Below, piece by piece: positions 12,570-23,922 of a stretch of DNA of 64,000 nucleotides (positions are counted from its first letter, which is position 1; every line of letters starts with the position of its first letter). The notes beneath the pieces were generated by a model. It saw only the letters and a list, made by a program, of their open reading frames with translations. It searched no databases and was not told the origin of the DNA. The stretch lies in contig NMRA01000549.1 in the NCBI GenBank assembly GCA_002633005.1, forward strand, positions 121,123 through 185,122, read 5' to 3'. The stretch is from Phoronis australis (taxonomy: Eukaryota; Animalia; Phoronida). Both the position numbers and the translations under genes were made by a program.

Positions 12570-15500
12570 ATGCGTATGGGTACAGCTTTCAGTGGGTTGC
12601 GCACGATTCATCATTTCGACCAATAGCAAACATATTAGAGCTACGTTTTAGTCCTGTTTAGCAGTCACAGAAACATATTTTGAGTTCTCAACCGAATAGC
12701 CAATACTAATACTTGATTTTCGATGTATTCACGGGAGTCATTACTGTGTCGAGAGACTAGCCTAGGTTTGAACGGAATTCCTGGCGCGCCAGTTCACGTT
12801 TCAGGGTTGGCCAATCCCAATAAAACCGATGATATTTTGAGTCCTGTCTTGACCCGTTGTGGGTTTGTTTGCTCTTAATGGTCGTAACACAAAACAAGTG
12901 CTGTTGTCGTAATGGAAATTTTTAGATCGATTTTAGAAGAACAAAAGGACAAATTTGATTTTGTAGTTAGCCTACCAAACAAGGCGAAATGCAGGTTTAA
13001 ATTCTAGGCGTCATATGCAAATAAATAGCTAAGCATATTAAATTTAGACACAAAAATGTGTATAGCTAGAACCAAAATGGGAATGTACCACAACCAATTG
13101 GCAACAGTTTTACGCGGCTCTGATGATATCAATACGTTTTCAAAGGCAACATGGTCGCATGAAAGGAATCGTTCCTGAAATGGGTGGAGTTCGGTAGATT
13201 CCGCAAGTATCTCGTGAAGGAAGCTAGTGTGCTCACGAGAATCGCCCCTCTCGCTATGGCTTAGTGGCATTGAACTCCGCAGTGTTTCTTTTCCAAACGG
13301 AGTGGACAAATATTGTGCAATCACGCTTCTATGGTTGAAATGAATCAATGGAAGAAATACAAATGTCTAGGAACATCAACATAGAAGTTATTGTGGCAGT
13401 AGTCGATCTACCTGTCCAGCTGCTTGTTAATAGTTAAGACTTTGGCCCACTGGCACATGCACAACAAGTAAATTCAAAAAAGAATCATAAATCTACACAA
13501 AAATACTAACCGCCTCTTAGGCTTAAGGTACTATGTGATAAACAAGGAATTAAATCAAATTTTCAAAATAACTAACAGAAAACTAGCAACTCGGCGTCAG
13601 TATCTGGCCGACTTAAAGTCATTGTCCTTAAAATCACCAATTTCATATCAAAAACACCAAAAACAACCCCACCAGCCAATCAACTGTCAAATTAGAACAT
13701 CTGCCAACACTCTCTGATTATATGTTGATGAGCTGATCTTGAGTTACGAGCACTCATTGGTCGATACATACTACATAGAATGGGGGCAACCAATCACAGC
13801 TTTAGCCATCCTCCATTCTGTTAAGAGTGAAAAGGCGTCAGTAACATTACTGCCCGTTTTCCTGTGGCATGCGGTTTATAAATAATAGCGAGACGTTACG
13901 TTTTGGTTTTTGTAACAACTCAGTATTTGAGCATGCCACTCTGTTCACTTTCCCTCGGGACATCAGACAAGCGCGAATATGGCACACGTTGTGCAAGAAA
14001 CTCGCGTGTTGTTGGCCATGACACACTGACACTGGCTACGTTCATACGTCACACCCACATCCGTGGAGATAACAAACTATCCTTTTTCTATTTTCTCGCT
14101 TTTAGGCTATTGATAGGCTGTTGTGATATTCAGTGCTACATGTATAAAAGAAGGTTTAACGATGCAGACAAGGTAGTCACTTGTCGAAACAAATTACATT
14201 GTGGTTTTTTAAGCACTTTAAGCTCAGATACTCATTAGAAAACAGGGCCGTTCATTGGTTGTTGTAGTTTAAGAGTGCTTCTCCACAGCAACTGGTGACG
14301 CCGACCGCTCTTGATATCACAAAAATTAGTCTAAACTCATATTGTGTGGTATAGAGTAATTATCGCATTAGCTATGTATGCAGGGCAATAAACTACTGGC
14401 TGAAATAAATTGAAATGTCAAGGATAGTAATTGGTACTTTTTTAAGTGTTTCACTTCTGAAATTGAAGTCCTCGCGAAAAATTAGTGTAAAATCCTTCTT
14501 TCGTTGAAGAAATACGATAAAAATTAGTCAAAATGCTGCGATGGTTTTTTATTTCTTGACAACAGTTTGAGTCGATGTGTGATTACATTAATGTATTCAT
14601 TCAGCGTGATTGATATCAGGCATCTGAATACCGGTGTCGTCTGGTATACGGACTAAACGGGAGTAAGTTGTAATGAAAGTTTTGACCACTAGAGGGAGCT
14701 TTGGTGAAGCCGGCGCCGTAGATCGGCGATGACCACATGCCAATGCATATTACTTACAACGATTGAATTAATTTCATGTTTATCTTCTTCAACACAATGT
14801 CTAGAAACTGTCATGCTCAAATGCATTATAGCTGATGGTGAAAATATTGACTTTAATGAAGAAACACTTCCTATTCAGAAGCCATCGTCATTATAGCGTC
14901 GATGGTGAGGTAACGACTCCGACATATAGGCCCGTACAGGTAACATACATGTACATGTAGCTACGATTTGAATGAAGAAAGTAATCTGCGTATTAGTCAG
15001 GGTTTAAGGTTGAAGGTCACCAAATTCTGTCATCTGCTACTACATGCACTCTTAACAAGCAAAGCATTTTTCAACTAAAACACTTCCCCAGCGTTATGTC
15101 ACGAAGTGGGCACTGTAGTGATTTGGAGACGAGCTGGCCATCCATCGACAACACACTCTGCCACAGTCGCCGTTTGAGTCAGATAAAGCGTTAATCAAGC
15201 ATCGTTATTATTGGGGATTACCGAAAAAGCCCCTACCAACATAAAGCTCCCATGGGGGATATTTCGTTAACAAGAACAGGAAACGCCTCAGTTCGTACTT
15301 TTTGGGGATCGATTTGAATATCTGGCATGGGACAAATGTATCGAAAATGTGGCAAAATGTCATTATTTTCTCAATTCTGTTATTAAGAAGTCCGTTAAAA
15401 AGGCTTAAGTTCACCGATGACTTGTCAAAAGATGTGTTGCTGAGATGACTACTTTTACAGTTGGCAAGCTGCCGATAAAGTGAAACCCGGCTGATCAAGT

Positions 15501-15602
15501 CTATGATCGGTGTTTCGTCGACTCCAGCAACAGTACAGCTTAACATACAGGACAAAACAACCTTTAAAGGAGACCTTAATGTACGAAGAAGATACCAGCC
15601 TC

Positions 15603-15746
15603 CCGTTCAGTAACGCTAGGACCTCGCTAAAAAGCAAGACTTCGCGAGATTACGTGATATTGCCGTGCATTTTAAATGAGAACACGTGACTTTGACTAGG
15701 TTTTGGCTAGGTCCTAGCGTAGGTCCTAGCGTCTACTGAACGCACG
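15603..15746. mobile_element. Short MITE, Harbinger-like; sister copy at 39426-39577
   Basis: TIRs CGTTCAGTAACGCTAGGACCT...AGGTCCTAGCGTCTACTGAACG; the interior is alignable with the 39.4-kb copy. Confidence 0.8.
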
Positions 15747-18269
15747 CTAGCTGTGTGATTTCGTCCGACGACGATCTCGAGAACACAGTCAACTTCTTTC
15801 AGTCGTTTTTGCGATAAAGTGACACAATGCCTTCGAGTACTCAAGAGTATACGTACATTTTACAATAAATGCTTGCTTTTATAAAGCAATCCTTGTTTTT
15901 ATTTTTTCCACAGGAAAACAATCAAGCAACGTTAACATCCAGGTAGAAACAAATCACCGCCTCCGATGTCGTCATCATTGAGTTGAATTTTATAACCTCT
16001 AAGACAGTCTGACAGCTCGCAGCTGAAAGAGGGCGCTGTGATAAACAATACAAGTTTCTGAAAGATTTGCGAAAACCCCTCGGAGCTATTTGTGAACGCA
16101 AAAACAATCGGGGAAATGGAAATCACCAGTAGTTACACTTTGTAACTCATTTTTAACTTTTGAGAATTGACAAGTTAGTGCAACAGAATATTAATTTGTT
16201 TCAAGGATTTCCCTGAGGTAAGACCTTAGGTAAAGAAAATGGTTTATTTTTTCACTGTCTGATCTTTATTTTTTACATTAGTTGTCAATACTGCGCACGA
16301 TTATATTATATTTTGTATACATGAGGTCTACCAAAACAAAATACACACTAAATTTATGTTGATCTCAAAGTCGGCCTGTGGCTCATTAAAATACACAGTA
16401 TTAACGTTTACAAAACCTGTCAATATTTGCAAGTGGAAGGTCAATGTTTCCTGCAGACTCTACCGACAAGACGCTCACATAGTTTACTATTAATAGCTAA
16501 ATATTGTCACATATGGCAAAGCGCTTCATTTAGGGTGCAACTCATTTTAGATCCTGTTTACTTGCTAGAGTCAGTAATGACTAGGGTTTAAGCACTATTA
16601 TTCTATTCTTTTATAGACGCCATGGTTGTCCAGGTATAGTAGGTGATAAACATTCCATGTTGTGCTGCTACGAATTGTGTCGAGAACTCCGTCGTCGTTC
16701 AATTATGTGGATGATTTGACAAAACAAAGCGTACCTTTGTAGTATCCAATATTCTAAGGACAAGATTCTTGCTAGGCCAACAGGGTGTATGGCCTACAGT
16801 TAAACAGATTGTTTTGCCAAGAATGGTGATCACAATGCAAATCTGTGTCTGTGTAGTAAGAGTAAAACTGCATACAGACGTCTTTTCCATATATCTAGTT
16901 CGCACAGTCCTTAGGAATCCCAGCATCTTTGACAGACAAGTCTTAAACAAGATTAATTCGCTATTACCCAGTATTGAAGGTGAGATTAAGAGTGGTAAGG
17001 TTGAGCTACGATTTTAATACGGGATGAGCTGTTGGTCAATTAGCATAAAGCGAGGAATGAGTTTAATTGGATCTCTTACGGTTACTGGATCAATTGCTTG
17101 AAAGATATTGACTACAGAAACGGGTACACGGATTTAAAACAATTTGTTTTTCCGATTAGTTTTCATTAACACGAGAGGCAACCGGAAACTGGCTCTATCC
17201 TTTGTACAGAAAGGTTGTTTAATGTTGCGTTGTGGGAAATTCTGTATTTTAACCCACTTCCAGTTTTCTGTTTTGTTTTAAGAAGCTCTCTTTCCTGCAT
17301 ATGTTATGGTTTACTAAAGCTAATTAGCCTAGCCTTTAGGGGTCTTTGTTCCACTGTTGTGGCGTGGAAGTTACCTAGACATTGAGCTTGACAGCCACTC
17401 AATCACGACTATTACATATTCGGATAACTCATCTCCAAAGTAAAATGTAAACAGCAGATAAGAACATGGTTGACCTTTCTTAATGACCAGCTGCAGCTTT
17501 TTTTTCTGTTTCTTTCGTAAACTTTCATCATGCAACGTGACAAAACACGAAACAGTGGTTATCGGAACAACAAATTTTGTGATTTTAAAATTTGCGGCCG
17601 CGGTCAATCAGTTTTTCAGAGACAAATGGCCCTGGGTGGAACTAACTAGGGCCGCCCTCAAAATACTTTTTGTTATACCCCCCTCCTCTGAGATGGTCGA
17701 TCAAACAGGTAGATTAAATATTATTTTAACACTTTGCGTGGTCAGATGCGCTCATTTTTGTTGCAACTGAGATATTTCGTTTTATAATTTAAAAAGAGCA
17801 ACGCGGTGCGTTGAACTGAGCCCACGACTTCACAGCGAGCGATACGCTTCTAGGGGTGTTTTAATATCGTGAAAATGGCAATCAGATAGAGCAGAATACG
17901 TCAAACCTGTCTGAAATTGGGAACTCCAAAGATACAGAGGCATACCAATAGTCGAATCCAAACATCTGGTGTCAACTTCATAGGAATACAGTTGCCAAAT
18001 GGTGATCTTCCACGGGGTTTCCCAGATGCAGCCGAGGGTGTAAAAATGTCACTAGGGGTCACCACAGCAGTTGGATGTGTTTGCAAATCTACGTCAGACG
18101 TTTTCTTGTCGATAAGAACACATCTGCCAATCTTCAAAACGATGCTCTGAGTGGTTTGGTACACACAGAAGCAGACAACAAAAACATAGTATACTCGGAA
18201 ATAATAAAATAGGCCACTAAGTGGCGCAGAATACGTTGAATCCATCCCAAAATGAAACGGTACAGTCGT

Positions 18270-19255
18270 ATTCATACTAGGAACTTGTTTTCAAATTTTC
18301 GTGAAAAAAACATCAACTGAAGGAAAATTGAAGTTACCGAGGCAAATATAAAAACTACAGTTGATACTAAGGAGCACAGCGGCGTTAGTCAGAGCCGTCC
18401 AAAAGGTCGAGGGCAGCCGTTATTATATTTATAGGAAACAACCAACAAAAGTTCACAAAGATCCTGCAAAGGCATCAGGAGCTATCGACTGCCATCGCAA
18501 AAATGACAAAGATCACCATTAGGGGTGGCCACAGTTGTCAGCCATGGTCTTCTCATCAGGAACACAACATAATCATTCTTTGAGCAGTTTGGCGGATAGA
18601 GAGGCGGATGTCAAAACGTACTCAAAAATTAAATGGCCACCAGGTGGCATATAATACATCAATTCCGTTCGAAAATGGAAAGATGTAGGGTGCAGAGCGG
18701 CATTCGGATCAGTCCTCCACTCTTAATCATTTTTCGTTGGCTCCATAGAAGCACATTTCTCAAGTTTCGTAAAGCGTCTTCAAATGATTAAGGAGATTCG
18801 GCCGCAGACGAAACAACAACAAAATTGCCACTAGGAGGCGACAAAATAAGTCAGTCAGGAACACATATGCAAATTTTCAGAAAAAGTTTGAGCGGTTCGG
18901 CGGATAGAGAGGCAGACGCCAGAAAACGGACTCAAAAATAACGAAAATGGCCACAAGGTGGTGTAAAATACGTTTGGTCCGTCGTCTCCTTAATAAAAAC
19001 CATTCTACCAAATTTCATGAAAATCCATCAACTCCGAAAACAAGGAGGCAAACGTAAAAAATTACAATTGCCACTGGTCAGGTCGGTTCGAAATTCGTCG
19101 TCATCTGTCGTCAGCTTAATAGAAGCACATCTGGTAAATTTCAATAAGATCCTGCAAGGCGTTTAGGAGCTACAGTAGCGGATGCAGGAAGCCGGAAGCT
19201 CCGACAGAGATGACGACAATAGGCACCCACACATAAATATGTGGACGCACAAAAA
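18270..19255 (+). repeat. Degenerate internally repetitive element, probably Helentron-associated (HINE/DINE-like)
   Basis: Recurrent units GGCGGATAGAGAGGC...CTCAAAAA...ATGGCCACMAGGTGG about 308 bp apart; AAATTTCATGAAAATCC and AAGATCCTGCAA motifs; degenerate 3' hairpin plus A-run near 19220-19255. Boundaries approximate. Confidence 0.5.
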
Positions 19256-20424
19256 GTAGTTATTTTTCAGAATGTGAGTAAAATGTGTCGAGTCGTGCAG
19301 GCAAAATCACATACGGCAGGTTACGGGGAAGACGACAAACCTAATTTCAATTTCGGCGTGAGAGGTGTTAAGAAAATTGTCGCTCCTGTGCTGCGTCAAA
19401 TTTTCATGCTGTTTGAACATAGGAACGTTGTGCACTAGTCACAGACGTAGATAGAAACGTTGGATGATCATATAACCTATAGAGGATGGTGAACAAGCCG
19501 AATATCCATCACAACTCCTGTACTTTCACTCAGGCTTTTTAATACAACAAGCTTCCGTTGCGCACTAGCACTGTCTATGTCTTTGCGTGTTAACGTGTTT
19601 CTAACGTGTGAACATAATTAACAAGACCAATTTCAGTCACTGAACACATGAATCTCCAAAGTACGCAAAACTTGCCTCTGGCTGATCATAATCTAATGTG
19701 ACAGTCATCACCGTTCGCTTGGGAACACTTGACAAAAGTAACGGATGAAAATCGAAACAAATTCTGACAAACAAATCATATCTATAACTCTGACTGGCAT
19801 TTTAGTCGGGTGTACGAATTACATCACTCAGTGCAAAGCTTGAGTCGTCAAAGCTTGTAGGCTTGTAATAGGAATTGTCAATCACAATCACTCACAACTA
19901 GCATTGCGTTCAACTCAGCTGCAATACCAGGCACAACGGAGAGTGTGCAACCCCTAAACAAAAGCCACGTTTCTCGAGCAAAAGACAGACTTTAATCTAT
20001 GGAGCGGCGATGTAAATTTGTACATATAGTTACCATTGCACATGATTCATCTTGCAGGTAATGACGTAGTCGCAAGTATTCAAAGCGGAATGGTCGATGG
20101 AGGTGGGTATAAAAAAATTGACGACCTGGGGTTGAGAAACTGACGTGGGAGGATATTTTTGGAATGAATAGGTGCCCCCTGGTTACTCTGAAGTCGAAGC
20201 TGAGAAAGGTAACTTGCATCGCATTTAACGTAGCTAACGTTCACCTTTCACACGGTCACTAAAAAAGAAAACCCAAGAAAACTTAATTTTATCGATTGAT
20301 AGTTCAAGTTCGAAGATGGTAGACGTGAAGGTAACCCACTGCAGACGAAATTTGAAAATGACAAACAGTGACGCTTGTGGCGAGGAAACGTCATTGCAGT
20401 AAAGATTAAAGCAGCTATAAACCC

Positions 20425-20675
20425 GGGGAATGACTTCCAACAATACTGACTCAGCTAAGAAAAATCTTATATTTTAGTAAATTTTTGGTTAAAACTTAAA
20501 TTTGTCTCAAGACTGTTTCAAGAATGAGATCTAAAGTTTGGCTTAAGTTTTTTGTATAAGTTTTGATTTAATTGTGATTTTCTTACAGGATGTGGAAGTT
20601 TCAAAGTTTCCAAGTAAAGACAAATCTAAGACTTAAGTCAAAAATGAACTTAAGTCAGTTTCTTGGAACGGGCCC
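20425..20675. mobile_element. Harbinger-like MITE
   Basis: Right end CTTAAGTCAGTTTCTTGGAACGGGCCC; diverged left end TTCCAACAATACTGACTCAG; internal CTTAAG repeats. Confidence 0.55.
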
Positions 20676-20704
20676 TTGCAGTCTGTCACAAATAACTGTT
20701 ACAC

Positions 20705-20990
20705 CTTTTTGTTTAGATCACTTACTACAGTGAAATTGGTCTAAAATTGTTCTGTAGTCAATGTAGGCGAGATTCTAGGCGTGGAAAGAACTGAGTAGCA
20801 GTTCGTTACTGTTTGAGACAAGGCTCTACAAGATGTCTTATCACGTGGTGTCATATTATTCGCCGAACATGGTCTCGAGCAATAACGGTGAGCTGCGAGT
20901 TCCTTGGAAGATCAAAAATTACTTCGGCATCTGAATATGAAACAAGCTGAAATCATTTGTACAGGGTCAAGTGGTCTAAATCAAAACAGA
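20705..20990. repeat. Old palindromic repeat family, copy 2
   Basis: Inverted ends TTTTGTTTAGATCACTT...AAGTGGTCTAAATCAAAA; inner inverted GTTCGTTACTGTTTGAGAC / GGTCTCGAGCAATAACG. Confidence 0.6.
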
Positions 20991-21116
20991 ACGTGGATTT
21001 GTTGCCGCTTTAATAGGTATTTGAACGCTCAAACTTGGTTAATATTAACTATAGTTTGTAAAACAATGCCAGTGCACAGAATCTGGTTGTCAGTGTTCTA
21101 AAATTTAACAAGTCTA

Positions 21117-21265
21117 CACTGCGTGACGTTAAAAACAACACGCTTGCAAACATGGAAGGCACTTTGTTCAGCATTGCATGACATTACAAAGAACACAATT
21201 GCAAACAAAGGATACGCTTGAAAACATAGATGGCAATTTGTTCAGCATTGCGTGACGTCACAAAG
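21117..21265 (+). repeat. Degenerate tandem duplication, ~55-75-bp units
   Basis: Repeated ACGCTTG..AAACAT...GGCA.TTTGTTCAGCATTGCRTGAC. Confidence 0.7.
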
Positions 21266-23005
21266 ATGGATAGCAACTTTGTGTATATACATGTATTATA
21301 CCCTATGACAACTTTCCTCGAAGGATAAATTTGTTCATTTGTTTAGGTACTCTCGGTTAAGGTTTTGGTACAAGCAAATGACATTCTACTGCAACATAAG
21401 AATTACTTAGATCTGTCAATTATTGCATGCATTTTTCCTGTCACTCCAAAATACGTCATTAGGTCACAGTGGCTTATAAAGTAACTTGTGTGAGCATTTC
21501 ATGGGTCATATTTGTGTTGCTGTTCCTTTATGTAACAAACCAATGCATGTTAGGAACGTGGAAAATTCCCATCTTTAAACTTTTACATTTCGTGGAATTT
21601 GACCTTTAAATTTGGCTAATCATTCAAACTGGACATGGAAGAGCATGTCTGGAAACATAAATAGATGTCCATCAGGGGTGATAGCAATATTCCCATGGGT
21701 TGCATTGAGTCATAAAGGCAACAACGTTTATGTTTTATTCAATTAAAATGCCATTTCAGGGTACATTTTTTTAATTTGTGGGCGCCACCTTCTGATGAAA
21801 CTTGGAATTACCATTCCAAACATTCAACTGTTGTTGAAGCTTAACCTGAAATGCATTAACCAAATTGGCAATATCATCAGTCAATTTTACCGCACATATA
21901 TCAATCTTTCATAAGTGTGATTGTGCATGAATTTCAATAAATTTCCCATTATGATTATTGAATATTCACTATCTTCGATATACCTGCTTTTTTAAGACCG
22001 TACACAACTTCTATGTCACTTGGTAAATAACGGGAATTTTTTATTTAACAATGTTAAATTGGACCCTAAAAGAATGGACTCGTGTACTGCTGGTCTGTCA
22101 AAAAGAACATTCTTCAAATTCTAAAATGTTTTAAAGTACTGCATTGATGAATTGAATTTTGTTAGATGAAAAACCGTTATTAGATATTAAATTGATTACA
22201 GTGTCTACACTAAGTGAAGGAAGAGATCGTCCCGAAAACTCCGGACTCTGTATTCTCTGTCCTTAAATTTTCGGCTCCTGTACCCCTCCAGCCCCTAAAT
22301 CCCCCCCCCCCTACGTCTCCGGCCCTATGTTACCCGTCCCTAATTTCCGGCCCCAGTATCTCAATCCCTAAATCTCTGGCTGGTCCCTGCATTCCCCCGT
22401 CGCACTGCTTCCTTGTTGAAATTCTTATCCTGATAATACCCGTCTCCTTTTTCCTCCAACCCTACATGTTTCATCGGATCGGTGTCCCAATGGCCCGGTA
22501 TCCCCAAGTCTAACCTTTCCTCTACAAGTTGATTCAATTTCGGCGTTGGTTTGCAATGACCTGAGCAAGCGTGTTGAAAGGATCTCTAAAAAACAAGTAC
22601 ACCTTTCAGAGAAAAAAATGCATCAGTTGGCGTGTTTGTGCTGGTGCTATCAGTGCAGGACGACGCTTAGAATTAAGTAAAATTATCAATCACTGATGAC
22701 AGATAATTCCACTCTGCTTTGCCTTGGACACATTTCAGGTTGGCTTTTTGATAACGCGATGAACTCATAATCAATCTACATGAGACGGAAGAGGCCGCCG
22801 CGGTTACGTTTGTTTGCAAAACTCAAACAAAAGTCATTATTGAATATTCGCTACACGTCAATTGCTTTTCAGCGGTATATGTTTTTGTCAAAGGAAGAAC
22901 ATTTACAAAATTATGGTCAGAAGACTCTTTTATTGCCGAACAGATATTTCTTGATGCAGACTTAAAGAGACGACTAACACAAAACGTCAACTTTGATGTC
23001 AAAAT

Positions 23006-23341
23006 TGAAAGTTGCATTTCCCCCTGTTTAGGTGGTTCAAGAACGAAAATTGAGACCTTCTACTCTAATAAAATTGGTCTCGTAATATTCTATAGCGTTA
23101 ATGGGTTTTATTTCCGTTAACAGCAAGAACATCAAAACCATCAACGACTTAAGAAAAGGTTTCAAAATTTACTGGGGTTGGTCAATCAATTTTGAAAATT
23201 CGAAAATGGCGCGTGACTTCAGCTGGAACGGAAGTAGAATCCAGTCACTCTAAGGAACATTATGATAGATTTTATGAGAGTTACAAGGTTGAATTGATGT
23301 TCGTTCGTCAGCCATCTAAACATGGCAAAATGGAGCTTTAA
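23006..23341. mobile_element. ~330-bp MITE family ending at TTAA (Kolobok-like), copy 1
   Basis: Ends AAGTTGCATTTCCCCCTGTTTAG and CAAAATGGAGCT-TTAA; shares CGGAAGTAGAATCC...TTTTATGAGAGT with copies 2 and 3. Confidence 0.6.
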
Positions 23342-23611
23342 GTTGAAATGATGATTCATTATTTTAATGGTTAACATTTTGTATTTTAAAGAAGTTGTTA
23401 ACTTGTTGCTGTAAAGGTAAACGTACTGTTTCCAAATCCGCGTAGCTTTGGTTCAACGCGTATCTATTCTAAAAGGATTATTTAAATCTATCTTTTTGGA
23501 AGTGTGGAACATGTTTCAGAAGTTGTAAGAGCATGCGCAGAGATTGATTAGAATATGACTGGACATGATAATGATAAACTTGAAACAGTGAACAAGGACG
23601 GTTGAGAAAAA

Positions 23612-23922
23612 TGAAGGTTACACGCTTAGCTGGCTAAAAAATGAAAATCGAATTAGGCCCCGTTCATATCAGTCTAATATGCCTTACCATGATTCTATGC
23701 CCCTTTCCAACTCAAGTCACAGGCAATGCGTGTACGGGTTATTGCGAAACGTAAACTCTGAAGCGTTTTGTTGAGTTGCTGATAGTTTTGATTTTCTTGT
23801 TGGTACCGGAAGTAGAATCCTGTCACGGCAAGGGATTTTTATAAGATCTATTTTATGAGAGTAAAATGCCTAATTCGATTTTCGTTTTTTAGCCAGCTAA
23901 ATAGGACGAGATGCAGCTTTAA
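23612..23922. mobile_element. Same MITE family, copy 2
   Basis: 33-bp inverted repeat with 1 mismatch (TTAGCTGGCTAAAAAATGAAAATCGAATTAGGC at 23626-23658 vs 23868-23900); ends GATGCAGCT-TTAA. Confidence 0.75.

Noticed and set aside
16650-16710. CCAATNC THAP-like start
   Set aside because: No initiating Met, an early stop and no downstream FP/W/C..HF motifs.
21465-21471. CACAGTG RSS/Transib-like heptamers (also 54238 and 60108)
   Set aside because: I found no matching nonamer or partner TIR; such 7-mers are expected by chance.
22214-22513. Pro-rich ORF
   Set aside because: It reflects a C-rich low-complexity tract, probably a degenerate TE subterminal array.
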